Part shown: positions 49,913 to 60,936 of the stretch, in pieces
Position numbering within the stretch: the stretch's first letter is position 1
Layout of the letters: each line of letters begins with the position of its first letter
From: Bacteroidota bacterium
GTDB lineage: Bacteria; Bacteroidota; Bacteroidia; AKYH767-A; 2013-40CM-41-45
DNA: 64,000 nt
Direction of reading: 5' to 3'
Assembly: GCA_031385005.1 (NCBI GenBank)
Contig: JANNBB010000034.1
Location: 1,026 to 65,025, forward strand
Notes under the pieces: generated by a model
Told to the model about the DNA's origin: nothing
The model's input: the letters and a program-made list of their open reading frames with translations, nothing else
Databases searched by the model: none
Program-made: the position numbers and the translations under genes

Positions 49913-50506
49913 ATGACTACAGCTTCAAAAGAAAAAATTAACGGTTATATAATTGCAGGCGGCAAAAGCTCCAGGATGGGAAGTGATAAGGGATTGATAC
50001 TACTTCATAATAAACCGATAATTTTACACGTGATTGAAAACTTAAAACAATCAGTAAATGAATTAGTAATAATCTCCAACATTTCCGAATATCAAGAATT
50101 TGGCTTTCCGGTTATTCCTGATTTGATAAAAGAAAAAGGTCCTGCAGGTGGAATACATTCCGCACTCAGCCAATCAACTGTAAATCGTAATTTTATTGTA
50201 AGCTGCGATATGCCATTTATCAATCCACATGCGATTAATTTCATGATAGAAAATTCAGTGCATGATCAAATTACACTGCCTATTCGAAAGAATAAAATTG
50301 AACCCCTATTTGGTGTCTATACAACAGATTGTTTGCCAAAATGGGGAGAACTCATTCAACAAGGCAATATAAAACTACAGCAAATGATTCGAAACTTTAA
50401 ATTGAACATCATTGAAGTCGAAAAAATAATCGAATTCGATAAAAATACATTCCTGAATATCAATACTCCTTCGGAATTGATTTTGGCACAGGGAATCAAA
50501 TTATAA
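49913..50506 (+). CDS. mobA: Molybdenum cofactor guanylyltransferase
   Basis: IAGGKSSRMGSDK, GPAGGI, SCDMPF, NINTP. Confidence 0.9.
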   Translation: MTTASKEKINGYIIAGGKSSRMGSDKGLILLHNKPIILHVIENLKQSVNELVIISNISEYQEFGFPVIPDLIKEKGPAGGIHSALSQSTVNRNFIVSCDMPFINPHAINFMIENSVHDQITLPIRKNKIEPLFGVYTTDCLPKWGELIQQGNIKLQQMIRNFKLNIIEVEKIIEFDKNTFLNINTPSELILAQGIKL

Positions 50507-50540
50507 ATAAATAAATCACGAATCAAACGTCGATATTTCC

Positions 50541-50984
50541 ATGGATGACAAGAAAAGAAAAAAAATATTTGTGAAAGGGGCGATTAACCCGACCTTCGTA
50601 GGAGAATCAATTGCCAAACACAGCAGTAAAAAAGACATTGGCGCTCACAGTATTTTTTTGGGACAAGTAAGAAATGATGTAATTGAAGGCCATACTGTAA
50701 TCGCAATTGATTATTCTGCCTATGAAGAAATGGCTGCGGAAAAATTGCATGAAATAAGAGAGGAAACGTTTTCTAAATACTCTTTAAGTTGTATGCATAT
50801 TTATCATAGCATCGGAAAAGTAGCTGCAGGAGAAATCAGTTTATTCGTATTTACTTCCTCTAAACACAGAAAAGATGCTATTGATGCATGCTCTTATCTG
50901 GTCAATCGAATTAAAGAAGATGTTCCTATATGGGGAAAGGAAATTTTCGAGGACGAAAGCTTCCAATGGAAAACAAACGATTAA
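50541..50984 (+). CDS. moaE: Molybdopterin synthase catalytic subunit
   Basis: GAHSIFLGQVR, YSAYEEMA, HSIG, SKHRK, PIWGKE. Confidence 0.92.
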   Translation: MDDKKRKKIFVKGAINPTFVGESIAKHSSKKDIGAHSIFLGQVRNDVIEGHTVIAIDYSAYEEMAAEKLHEIREETFSKYSLSCMHIYHSIGKVAAGEISLFVFTSSKHRKDAIDACSYLVNRIKEDVPIWGKEIFEDESFQWKTND

Positions 50985-50998
50985 AATATATTTTAAAA

Positions 50999-51910
50999 AT
51001 GGTAGATATCACCAATAAAATTAAAACACATCGCACAGCAATAGCACAAGCTATTGTAAGGGTAAGTAAACTTGCAACAATTGAAGCAATAAAAAACAAA
51101 ACAGTACCGAAAGGCGATGTTTTGGAAGCCAGTCGAGTGGCAGGATTATTCGGCATCAAACGAACCAGTGACATGATCCCGGATTGTCACCCCCTACCGA
51201 TAGAATATGCTTCAATTAATCATCGTATGGAAGGATTGGAAATTATTATTGAAACGGAAGTCCACACGATTTACCGAACGGGTGTAGAAGTAGAAGCCAT
51301 GCATGGGGCTTCTGTAACTGCGCTTACGATCTACGATATGCTTAAACCCATTGACAAAGAAATCGAAATTTCAACAATAAAATTACTATCAAAAAAAGGC
51401 GGTAAATCACAGTACAATGAAACATTAAATCGTACGCTGAAAACTGCTGTTCTGGTTTGTTCTGATAGCATTTCTGCGGGTATAAAAGAAGATTTTGCCG
51501 GCAAAAGCATTATCGGCAAACTTGAAAAAATGAATCTTTTTGTGAATGAATATATGGTAATTACAGATGAAGTTAATGCCATTCGGGAGAAAGTACTTTC
51601 GCTTTATGATTTAAGATTCGATTTAATTATTTTAACCGGTGGAACAGGACTATCTGAAAGGGATGTTACACCGGAGGCAATTCGACCATTATTGGACCGT
51701 GAAATTCCAGGCATTGGAGAAACCGCAAGAACCTACGGCCAGGAGCACATGCCCTATTCCATGCTATCAAGAAGTCTTGGTGGATTAAAGGGTAACACAC
51801 TCATACTTGCTTTGCCTGGTTCTACTCGGGGAGCAATGGAAAGCATGGATGCTCTATTTCCCTATTTGCTGCATATTTTTAAGGTGATGGAGAATGAACC
51901 ACATGTTTGA
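50999..51910 (+). CDS. moaCB: Bifunctional MoaC-MoaB/MogA fusion
   Basis: MVDITNK (ATG 50999), KGDV, IPDCHPL, TGVEVEA, IYDMLK, KKGGKS; second domain TGGTGLSERDVTPEA, LPGS. Confidence 0.92.
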   Translation: MVDITNKIKTHRTAIAQAIVRVSKLATIEAIKNKTVPKGDVLEASRVAGLFGIKRTSDMIPDCHPLPIEYASINHRMEGLEIIIETEVHTIYRTGVEVEAMHGASVTALTIYDMLKPIDKEIEISTIKLLSKKGGKSQYNETLNRTLKTAVLVCSDSISAGIKEDFAGKSIIGKLEKMNLFVNEYMVITDEVNAIREKVLSLYDLRFDLIILTGGTGLSERDVTPEAIRPLLDREIPGIGETARTYGQEHMPYSMLSRSLGGLKGNTLILALPGSTRGAMESMDALFPYLLHIFKVMENEPHV

Positions 51911-51950
51911 TTTGATAGCTTTATACCAACTTCTTTCAAATAAAAAACAA

Positions 51951-52003
51951 TGATAACAATCAGTATAACATTTCCGATTATACATTTTTACTGATATTGA
52001 TCA
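51951..52003. promoter_or_regulatory. Two CRP/FNR-type boxes TGAT-N4-ATCA upstream of the 52050 gene
   Basis: TGATaacaATCA (51951-51962) and TGATattgATCA (51992-52003); -7 element TACCTTTG at 52026-52033. Confidence 0.55.
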
Positions 52004-52049
52004 TATTTATAAATAAATTGACTTGTACCTTTGAAAAAAAATAAATCAA

Positions 52050-52436
52050 ATGAGTTATTCAAATAAAAAAGTAACCGGAGTTTGGGTTGATCACGGTGAA
52101 GCGTTTTTAATCAACACTTCCGACAAAAGTAATACCGGCAACTACACTATTGCTGAAAAAATCATCAATAAGCATCACCACGACCATGGGTCTAGCGAAA
52201 AAACACATCAAAATAAAACAGCTCAGGAATTACACAAATACTTTGATGGAATAACAAATCACATTCAAGGATTTGATTCCATATTGCTATTTGGTCCGGG
52301 AAAGGCGCAAGAAGAATTAAAAAATTTCTTAAAAGATAACATGCATTTTAATGAAAAGGAAGGCGTCGTAAAAAGCGGAAACCGCTTCACAGAAAATGAA
52401 ATGATTGCTTTTGTGAGAAATAATTTTTTAGCTTAA
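52050..52436 (+). CDS. Small protein resembling bacterial eRF1-like (baeRF) domain families
   Basis: GVWVDHxEA N-terminal strand and ILLFGPGKAQEEL motif; family assignment is from recalled motifs only. Confidence 0.6.
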   Translation: MSYSNKKVTGVWVDHGEAFLINTSDKSNTGNYTIAEKIINKHHHDHGSSEKTHQNKTAQELHKYFDGITNHIQGFDSILLFGPGKAQEELKNFLKDNMHFNEKEGVVKSGNRFTENEMIAFVRNNFLA

Positions 52437-55400
52437 TTTACAATTATTTTTTGCTTTTCAATTCCTGTTTTATTAGAACAAATCACGTAATAAACACCTG
52501 ATGAAGTTACATTTACTAAATCTATAAAAACATTCTTTTCAGCATCGGTAAATAATATAGTTCGTGAATACAACTCTTGCCCTTTAGAATCAAATAATTT
52601 AACATTTGTTAAATCGTTTGAATTTCCAGAAAAAGAAATATTAAATCCATTTCTATTTGCAGGATTTGGGTATACAATAAAATTTGAAAGTTGATTAAAA
52701 TTATATACAGATACAATTTTAGAATACTCTTGATTTCCATTATAGTCAACTTGAACCAATCTATAATAAGACAATCCTGTTAAAGGTTTTTTGTCCAAAA
52801 CGATATAGCTAATAATACTAGTACTGTTTCCGGCACCATTTATATTCATAAACATTTCAAAATTAACTCCATCAACTGATCTTTCTATACTAAAATAATT
52901 ATTATTAATTTCAGAAGCAGTACTCCATTTTAGTTCTACAGTTTGAGATTCATTCAACTTCGCTTCAAAATAAATTAGTTCAATCGGTAATGGGTTTACC
53001 CCTCTTGATCCGAAAGTAAACTGATTAAATGATGAAGCAGGAAGAGATGTAATATTTCCATTGGCGGTTCCGGTAATTGCGTTTTGTCCATAGTTTTCCC
53101 ATGCCGTTCCATTCCAATGTGCCACCGATAAATCAGAACCATATGAAATAATTCCACTTCGCACATTACTTTCCCAGAACAATTGAATGTTTACATTGGA
53201 CGAACCTGAATTTCGGTCGCATACCCAGTATTCGACTGTACTTACTCTTGTAAGGGCAGGAGAAGGAACTCCGGCCATACTGGTTGTATTGCTAAAAGCC
53301 GAAGCATAATATTGTGCAGTATATGAATCTGTGATTTGAGATGGGGCACTGATTCCGATTCGAGCCCAAATTGAATTATTTCCTATTGGGAAAACAAAAG
53401 CATCATTTCCAATTTTTCTTAACGGTCCATCTACAAAACTGGTACTCGAGCCAGATGTAGAAGTTGCATTATCATCCAGAGTTAAAAGATTTGCAATGGT
53501 TGTATTAATAATACCATTTGTCAAAACTAAATCACCAGTTATAATACAAGGTTTTGTAAGCGTCGTAGTCGTTGACGATTTATCTTGTTCAAAATCATCA
53601 AAAGTTATAAATGCAGCTGAGCCTCCAATATTTGAAGACAATGTGCCTGTAAATTTTACGGTGCGCCCTATCGCATTAAAGTTTCCATTATTTGTAAAGT
53701 CTTTTAAAATCCCGATTGATTTATTTAAACTAAGATCCGCTCCGCTTAAAATTGTCAAGTTATAAAATGTTGAAATTCCAGTTCCACTAATTGCCACCGG
53801 ATTACCTGAAAATTCAATCGTAGAAGATTGTCCGTTAAGTATTCCATTATTAGTGAGATTACCTGAAATAATATGACTGATTGAATTGCCACCATTAAAT
53901 GTTGCACCAGGCCCAATATATAATTCTTGTGGAATAGACCAAGAATTAGGAGGAGTAACCCCGGATGTGCTTACATTTGTTACATACACAAGGTTGAATA
54001 CGGGATTATTATCCACAATCGAAATCGTCTCTGTTCCACCAAACTCAACTTTTCCGGTACTGGTAAATGAACCTGCTCCATCGAGTGTAATTGAAGCACC
54101 GCTTGAAAATGGAGCCTGCGGCAAAAATTTTAATTCACCATTGCTTACGACGGACCCGTTATTGATAAAGTTACCGTAGAACTTATGTGTCAATGCACCG
54201 GCGTTAAAAATTGCTCCAGGCCCGATGTTGCAAGCGAAATACACAGTCCATGGAGTTGTAGGCGATACCCCTCCTGTATTGTTTATATTTACTGTTGCAA
54301 AAGTAGGTGCGGAAGTAGAATTAGAAACCGGTGCAACAGTTCCATTAAAATTAACCACTCCTGTTGAGGAGGAAATTAAGCTATTGTTTAACTGTAATGT
54401 TTGCACCCGTGTTCCGGTAAAGGTCGCTATTCCATTACTTATCAAAGTGCCTTTATTTGTTAAATCACCATCAAGTGATATACTACTGGACCCAAAGTTC
54501 AATGACCCCGTTGTATCAACAAGTAAATCACCTGCTAAAGAAATCGATCCTGTTGCAACTGAAACGGAACCTCTAATTACCGACAGATTATATAATGTTG
54601 TGTTGCCGGTGAATGTTTTTGAAGCTCCATTTAAGATTAATGTGCTATTTGAAGGAGTGTATGTACCGCTATTTGTAAAATTTCCATACAAAGTAATATT
54701 TTTAGTATTAGGATCGAATGTTGAACCTGAGTTTATTAGTAAATCTCCGTTGATTTGTATATCACCCGTCAAGATTTTTGCATTTGAAGCTCCGTTAGTC
54801 AATGTTAAATTTCCGTAAGTAATTTCCTGCAAATTCTGAACTATGGAGCCTCTATATTCAACTGTACTTGCGGAATTCAAATTGATCGTGTTGTAATTCT
54901 CCGGAAAGTTGCTTGCGCCCGAAACTTTCAACACGCCTGTAGATCCAATAATAAAAGCACCTCCGGGATTACTTCTATCCGCTAAATAAGTAGATAAATT
55001 CAGTATACCGGATTCGATAGTCAAATCACTATTGATAATTATATCATTTGTTAACGAAAGTGTTCCTCCAAGTTTATTTACGATTATACTGTTAAAAGTA
55101 TTTGCTCCAACACTTTGATTCGTTGATCCATTAAAATTAACCACTCCATTATTTACCGTAAAACTTCCACCATTAATCCAGTTTCCGCCAACGTTTATTA
55201 CTACATCCTCTTCAATTACATTAGTCCCACTTCCGATAGTAAAATTCCCAATAACAGTTAGAGTATCATTAATAATTAATTCACCTCCTGTATTCATATT
55301 AAAATTTCCATTTACAATAACGGGTGAATTTATATATGCACTCTCGGTAATTTTTGAAATCGTTAAATTATTATAAGTGACTGGTGCAATTATCTGGGCC

Positions 55401-58400
55401 TCGCTGCCGATATATGAAACTGTTCCACTACCAGCAATAAAATCTCCACCTGATAGGTTGTAATTACCTCCAACAATTAAACTACCATTGCCGGTAAATT
55501 CGCTTCTTGCACTTACTGATTGATTCAGATTGTAATTTATAGTAGCTGATCCACTACCAATCTTAAAGGTGATGCCACGATTGACAATCCCATCACTTAA
55601 ATCAAGATTCGTTCCGACAAAAAGCGAACCGGACGCAACATCAAGCACATCAATAGTATTTGAAGTCCATTTTCCCTTTATACCGGCAATTGTAGTCAAG
55701 GAGCCGCTATTAATTTTTATTGTTGCTGCTTGAGCGGAACCAAATACAATGTTATTTACACTTTGTGAAGAATTAATTGTGGGTTCAAATGTAAATCCTG
55801 TGGTACCAATTTCTGCTAGGTCTGAAAAAACAGGGACCCTGTTGCTCATACTTGCACCAGAGATCGTTGTCCAATTAGATAAATTCTCCCAGGCCGAACT
55901 TACTGAGCCATTCCATCTTACTACATTTCTAACTCCCGAAAAGGTCCATCTGGAATTAATTAATGCAATACCCGTTTGTTCAACGTAATTCAAAATTGTA
56001 CTTTTTGATGAATACCCGATACTATCCCAGTTAGTTCCAGAGTTATATTTGTACAAACTTAAAAACGGCTCCGAATATGCATTTAGCTCATTATCTTCAT
56101 AGTGTAACCGAAGCGTTGCATTCGTATATGTGCCGCTCGGAATACTTATAATATATTCCCTGTTAACACAGTCCAGTCCAGAATTAAAATCATTCACTGT
56201 CGCTAATGTAACAGTAATAGTCACCGAATTTAAGCTTGCAGATGGGGATGTGAATGTAATTCCATTATAAGGACCTTCAAAATAATATGCAGTGCCTGTC
56301 ACAAATGCATGACTGTGTGTAATTGTTCCAATAATTATTCCATTACCTGTTCTGGTTCCGGTAATCATAATTGAATTTGAAGCGGTTTGAATATTGCCAG
56401 TTGTAAAAGTCAAATTATTTGTTGTTATATTATTCGCAAGATTTACAGATATAACCGCACTGCTCTTATTAATTGTCAAATTATTGAAAGTAGTAACTCC
56501 AGTAATTGTAGCCACATTCAATCCATTTAGTTGAAATGTAGAAGTGGATGGAGTAAATATTCCAAAATTTATAAAGTGTCGGGAGAGAACATATGTGAAA
56601 GTTGAAGCGTTGAAAGTAGTACCGGCACTTATTGTAAAATCATTGTTAATAGTAAAACCTGCAGATGGAGTTTTTGTTCCTCCATTACAAACTTGCAAAT
56701 TATGATAGGTTGCATTTGCGACTATCTGATTTCCTGTACCATTGTAAGAAACTAAATTCGGAACATTCGTAGTCACGATAAAGGTGCCCGTTTTAGTAAA
56801 TGTATTGGCAATACCTAATACTGAATTTGTCCCCATTCTAAGAGTCTTTCCTGAATTTATAACAATATTATAAAGATTTGCAGACCCTGATAGATTTGTA
56901 GTTCCGTTTATCGTAGTAGTGCCTGCGTTTGCTGTAAAAGCACCATTGATAGCTACCGAAAGATTAGATAATAAGAAATAACTAGTAGAAGTAATGACAA
57001 TTCCCGTAATATTTAATTGATAAAAAGTAATGATTCCACTTCCTGAGATAGTTTTATTAATTCCGCTCAAAGTAATTATTGATGGATTACTAGCCGCAAA
57101 TGAACCGTCCACAATAAAATCACCCGAAACATTGATGTTTCCGGATGTTGAAATACTGCCAGTAATAGAAAGATTGCAAGGTTTAAGTCCATTTCCTGTA
57201 ATTGTTTTTGCAGTTCCGCTCATTAAAAAAACACCTCCGCTAGCTTGAGTAAAATCACCAGAACCACTAGTAGTAACATTTCCAGAAATATTGAAATTAG
57301 TATTAGCAGCACTTGTAATATTGGCAGAAGTAAATTTTATGTGGTAAAAATTATTTGTTCCGTTTCCACTTAAAACAGCACTCAGTCCTTGAAAAGTTGC
57401 AGTTGAAGTATTACCAGTATATGTACCGTTATTTGTCCAGTTACTTTTAAATATATGAATAAATGAGCCTCCATCAAATGTAGTATTTGCACCAAGAGTA
57501 ACTGTACGATTTACAATTATTACATTCCCTGCTGTAAATAACACACCACTTCCTGTTCCAATTTCAGTGGTTAGTCTTCCAGCAATTGTCATCGAAGTAG
57601 AAGGTAAAGTTTTTACTGCAATTCCAGTTGTACTTTTAAATGTTAAATCTCCATAGCTGACATTTAAAATAGTTTGATTATTTCCATAATATTCAACATT
57701 ACTTGTCAAAGCAGGAGTTATTGTTGAGTAATTAGAAGGAAAACTGCTTGTGCCTCCAATTCTCAAAGTAGTATTTGCGGCAATAATAAAAAATCCTCCA
57801 TTCACCGTCGTTCCACGGTTAGCAGAATACGTTTGTAGATCAAAAATTCCAGCATCAACATAAATTCGGCCGCTGTTTGCACTGCTTGAATTCAAGTTAG
57901 GTAAATCACTGACCAGATATTTTGTAGAACCACCGCTAATTCTTAAATATCCATAAATAAGAGCTGAGTTTATATCCTGACTTATACTAGTTGATGCGTA
58001 ATTTATTATGCTTGTTCCACTTAGTGATATCGCTCCCGACAAAGTACAATTTCCTGCGAAAGTCGAAGTCTTTATATAAAGTAATCCACCTCCATTAATT
58101 GTTAATAATCCTGACCCTGAAACTTTGTATAAGCCAGTAGGATCTAATGTGCCTGAAATTATCAAACTAGTAATAATTGATATATCCGTTGCAAGGGTCA
58201 CTGTACTACCAGTATTGATAGTAATACTATTAAAAATTGTTGCTCCTGTAATAGTTTGAGAAGAACCTGAGAATGTTACTGAATTAGCAACCCCGGCAAT
58301 TATATAATTTCCTGAATTAATCCAATTTCCCTTTATAGTAATTTTGAACCCATTTATATTATGAAAAAGAGTTCCATTTGAACCAATCGTCAAGTTTCCG

Positions 58401-58678
58401 GAAATCGTAATATTCTTTGCTAAAGTCAAAGTAGAATTTATACTTCCGGCACCAATACTTAATGACTTGCATGCAGCATTACCGGTTAATACAGGTTGAA
58501 ATATACCAGTAAAATTTGCATCCCCAATAATTGCATCAATAGTAGAGGTTGGAACTCCTGATGTCCAGTTGGAAACATTTCTCCAATTGGAGTCGATTAT
58601 GCCCTTCCATGAAGTTTGTGCATGCAGATTATCTGTCATGTAGAATAAAAAACTAAATACAATTGCAAATTTTTTCAC
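52433..58678 (-). CDS. 2081-aa T9SS type A secreted protein with beta-helix-like repeats
   Basis: Signal peptide; G/N/T/I-rich repeats (F/Y)xNLTI, GNWxNxG; LPIEL...W.TASE.NN..F.IERS...YYRLVQVD Ig-like domain; VYPNPA CTD. Confidence 0.85.
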   Translation of the reverse strand: MKKFAIVFSFLFYMTDNLHAQTSWKGIIDSNWRNVSNWTSGVPTSTIDAIIGDANFTGIFQPVLTGNAACKSLSIGAGSINSTLTLAKNITISGNLTIGSNGTLFHNINGFKITIKGNWINSGNYIIAGVANSVTFSGSSQTITGATIFNSITINTGSTVTLATDISIITSLIISGTLDPTGLYKVSGSGLLTINGGGLLYIKTSTFAGNCTLSGAISLSGTSIINYASTSISQDINSALIYGYLRISGGSTKYLVSDLPNLNSSSANSGRIYVDAGIFDLQTYSANRGTTVNGGFFIIAANTTLRIGGTSSFPSNYSTITPALTSNVEYYGNNQTILNVSYGDLTFKSTTGIAVKTLPSTSMTIAGRLTTEIGTGSGVLFTAGNVIIVNRTVTLGANTTFDGGSFIHIFKSNWTNNGTYTGNTSTATFQGLSAVLSGNGTNNFYHIKFTSANITSAANTNFNISGNVTTSGSGDFTQASGGVFLMSGTAKTITGNGLKPCNLSITGSISTSGNINVSGDFIVDGSFAASNPSIITLSGINKTISGSGIITFYQLNITGIVITSTSYFLLSNLSVAINGAFTANAGTTTINGTTNLSGSANLYNIVINSGKTLRMGTNSVLGIANTFTKTGTFIVTTNVPNLVSYNGTGNQIVANATYHNLQVCNGGTKTPSAGFTINNDFTISAGTTFNASTFTYVLSRHFINFGIFTPSTSTFQLNGLNVATITGVTTFNNLTINKSSAVISVNLANNITTNNLTFTTGNIQTASNSIMITGTRTGNGIIIGTITHSHAFVTGTAYYFEGPYNGITFTSPSASLNSVTITVTLATVNDFNSGLDCVNREYIISIPSGTYTNATLRLHYEDNELNAYSEPFLSLYKYNSGTNWDSIGYSSKSTILNYVEQTGIALINSRWTFSGVRNVVRWNGSVSSAWENLSNWTTISGASMSNRVPVFSDLAEIGTTGFTFEPTINSSQSVNNIVFGSAQAATIKINSGSLTTIAGIKGKWTSNTIDVLDVASGSLFVGTNLDLSDGIVNRGITFKIGSGSATINYNLNQSVSARSEFTGNGSLIVGGNYNLSGGDFIAGSGTVSYIGSEAQIIAPVTYNNLTISKITESAYINSPVIVNGNFNMNTGGELIINDTLTVIGNFTIGSGTNVIEEDVVINVGGNWINGGSFTVNNGVVNFNGSTNQSVGANTFNSIIVNKLGGTLSLTNDIIINSDLTIESGILNLSTYLADRSNPGGAFIIGSTGVLKVSGASNFPENYNTINLNSASTVEYRGSIVQNLQEITYGNLTLTNGASNAKILTGDIQINGDLLINSGSTFDPNTKNITLYGNFTNSGTYTPSNSTLILNGASKTFTGNTTLYNLSVIRGSVSVATGSISLAGDLLVDTTGSLNFGSSSISLDGDLTNKGTLISNGIATFTGTRVQTLQLNNSLISSSTGVVNFNGTVAPVSNSTSAPTFATVNINNTGGVSPTTPWTVYFACNIGPGAIFNAGALTHKFYGNFINNGSVVSNGELKFLPQAPFSSGASITLDGAGSFTSTGKVEFGGTETISIVDNNPVFNLVYVTNVSTSGVTPPNSWSIPQELYIGPGATFNGGNSISHIISGNLTNNGILNGQSSTIEFSGNPVAISGTGISTFYNLTILSGADLSLNKSIGILKDFTNNGNFNAIGRTVKFTGTLSSNIGGSAAFITFDDFEQDKSSTTTTLTKPCIITGDLVLTNGIINTTIANLLTLDDNATSTSGSSTSFVDGPLRKIGNDAFVFPIGNNSIWARIGISAPSQITDSYTAQYYASAFSNTTSMAGVPSPALTRVSTVEYWVCDRNSGSSNVNIQLFWESNVRSGIISYGSDLSVAHWNGTAWENYGQNAITGTANGNITSLPASSFNQFTFGSRGVNPLPIELIYFEAKLNESQTVELKWSTASEINNNYFSIERSVDGVNFEMFMNINGAGNSTSIISYIVLDKKPLTGLSYYRLVQVDYNGNQEYSKIVSVYNFNQLSNFIVYPNPANRNGFNISFSGNSNDLTNVKLFDSKGQELYSRTILFTDAEKNVFIDLVNVTSSGVYYVICSNKTGIEKQKIIVN

Positions 58679-59116
58679 AGAATATAATTTATGAATCCAG
58701 AAATATTTTTAATAAGAATTGGAATTAAAAAAAGAAATAATAATTTTAAAATCAATTCTAAGTACTCTAAGTTTGTATTTTTACTTTATTTTCATTTAAA
58801 CTTAAAACACCTATTTCTAAGAACGCAATATGGCCCAATTGCAACGACCTAAATTGAAAATAACAAACCTAAAATCTCATTTAATTACAGTTTAGAAAAT
58901 AATTTGCCGATAAAACTCGTATTTGCAATAAAAACACACTGAAGTGCCATCCGAATTCAAACATAAAATATGTTCAATTCAAATATTCTCCAGTTAGTTA
59001 GTAATTTCCTCTACTGAACCAACTAATAAATATTAAACAAAAACACCTACTTCAATGGGCAATCATCCATTGTGGTATACTTTTTTATCAGTTGGAGGAA
59101 TGCAAGTACCTAAAAG

Positions 59117-60709
59117 TTAGTGCTCAGTAATCACCTCTGAAGTTTGTTGAAACTTAATATCCGGAAAAAATTCATTCGCACTCTTCAGTTTCCATGCGCT
59201 CTCTGCCATAAATACAGGACGATCATCTTTGTCATAGGTGATGTGTGAGCCATTTCTTAAAATAAAGCTATCCATTTGCTGTTTATTGGCAGTAAACCAA
59301 AAAGCCTTATAGTAGTTAAGAGGCATAAAAGTACAGGAAGCACCATATTCATGCAACAATCGAAACTGAATAACTTCGAACTGTAATTCTCCCACTGTTC
59401 CGATGATCTTTACGTTTCCGGGCTGACGAATAAATAACTGCGCTACGCCTTCATCGGTAAGCTGACGAATCCCCTTCTCCAATTGCTTTGACTTAAAAGG
59501 ATTGGTATTGACCAACTCTTTAAATATTTCAGGCGAAAAATTCGGAATGCCCTTAAATACCAACTTCTCCCCTTCCGTTAACGTATCCCCGATTTTAAAA
59601 TTTCCGGTATCATATAAGCCAATTACATCACCCGGGTAGGCATCTTCTAAAACACTTTTTTCATTTGCCATAAATCCTACCGGACTGGAGAACCGAATTT
59701 TCTTGTCTAGTCTGGTGTGGTAGTAAAATTTATTTCTTTCAAACTTGCCTGAAACAACTCTGCAAAAAGCAATTCGATCGCGATGATTGGGATCCAGGTT
59801 TGCATGTATCTTAAATATGAATCCCGAAAACTCATTTTCAGTCGGCAATATTTCCCGCTTATCGGTAACTCGTGGCAAAGGAAAAGGAGCGATGCGCACA
59901 AATGTATCCAACAACTCTTTCACACCGAAATTATTGATTGCACTACCAAAAAATACCGGAACTAAATATCCTTCGCTGTATAAATGGGCATCGAATGATT
60001 CATAAATCCCATCAACCAGTTCAACATCATCTCTCAATTTTTGAGCGGCCTTTGACCCTATATGTTCATCAAGCTCAGAAGAATTAAGATCGCCAATTGC
60101 AAACACATCATCCGAGATCTTAGATTTACTTGCCGTAAAAAGCTGCAACTGTTTTTCAAATAAATTGTAAACACCCTTAAAACTTTTTCCGATCCCGATC
60201 GGCCAACTAAGCGGACAAGTATGAATGCTTAACTCCCGTTCAACTTCTTCGAGTAATTGAAAAGGTTCCTGACCTTCTCTGTCCAATTTATTTACAAAAA
60301 GAATGACCGGAGTATGCCGCATACGACAAACTTCCATCAGTTTTTTCGTTTGTTCCTCAACACCTTTAACACAATCAACTACTAGTATTACGCTGTCGAC
60401 AGCAGTTAACGTTCGATAGGTATCTTCAGCAAAATCTTTGTGACCCGGTGTGTCAAGAATATTTACCTTATATCCATTGTATTCAAATCCCATAACAGAA
60501 GTTGCAACGGATATACCCCTCTGTTTTTCGATTTCCATAAAATCGGATGTTGCTGCCTTTCTGAATTTATTATTTTTTACAGCACCGGCAACTTGAATAG
60601 CGCCACCGAATAACAACAATTTTTCTGTTAATGTAGTCTTTCCTGCATCCGGGTGACTGATGATTCCGAATGTTCTTCGTTTATTTATTTCTTCTTTTTT
60701 CAAAATCAA
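59117..60709 (-). CDS. prfC: Peptide chain release factor 3
   Basis: [50 protein letters not shown]. Confidence 0.97.
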   Translation of the reverse strand: MILKKEEINKRRTFGIISHPDAGKTTLTEKLLLFGGAIQVAGAVKNNKFRKAATSDFMEIEKQRGISVATSVMGFEYNGYKVNILDTPGHKDFAEDTYRTLTAVDSVILVVDCVKGVEEQTKKLMEVCRMRHTPVILFVNKLDREGQEPFQLLEEVERELSIHTCPLSWPIGIGKSFKGVYNLFEKQLQLFTASKSKISDDVFAIGDLNSSELDEHIGSKAAQKLRDDVELVDGIYESFDAHLYSEGYLVPVFFGSAINNFGVKELLDTFVRIAPFPLPRVTDKREILPTENEFSGFIFKIHANLDPNHRDRIAFCRVVSGKFERNKFYYHTRLDKKIRFSSPVGFMANEKSVLEDAYPGDVIGLYDTGNFKIGDTLTEGEKLVFKGIPNFSPEIFKELVNTNPFKSKQLEKGIRQLTDEGVAQLFIRQPGNVKIIGTVGELQFEVIQFRLLHEYGASCTFMPLNYYKAFWFTANKQQMDSFILRNGSHITYDKDDRPVFMAESAWKLKSANEFFPDIKFQQTSEVITEH

Positions 60710-60852
60710 TATTTATCCGGTCTTATCTTTTTAGAGCTTGACCTGTTTATCAAATTATTCCAGATGCTGTAGCATCCAATCCATAATGCGAGGAAGACTA
60801 TATTAAAGTGCAGGAGCACTATTGCTCTTGAAAAACGCTAATATAATCAGCG

Positions 60853-60860
60853 CAAATATA
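60853..60860 (-). promoter_or_regulatory. -7 promoter element TATATTTG for prfC
   Basis: TAnnTTTG match on the minus strand about 140 nt upstream of the start. Confidence 0.45.
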
Positions 60861-60936
60861 ATTATTTCTGTTTGATTGTAGGAATGCATGATCCTATTGA
60901 TGCTTTTTATACTTTTACAACACAAATAAATGAATA

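Noticed and set aside
60710-60936. Guanidine riboswitch upstream of the agmatinase gene
   Set aside because: No paired ACGR-loop hairpins or ykkC consensus seen.
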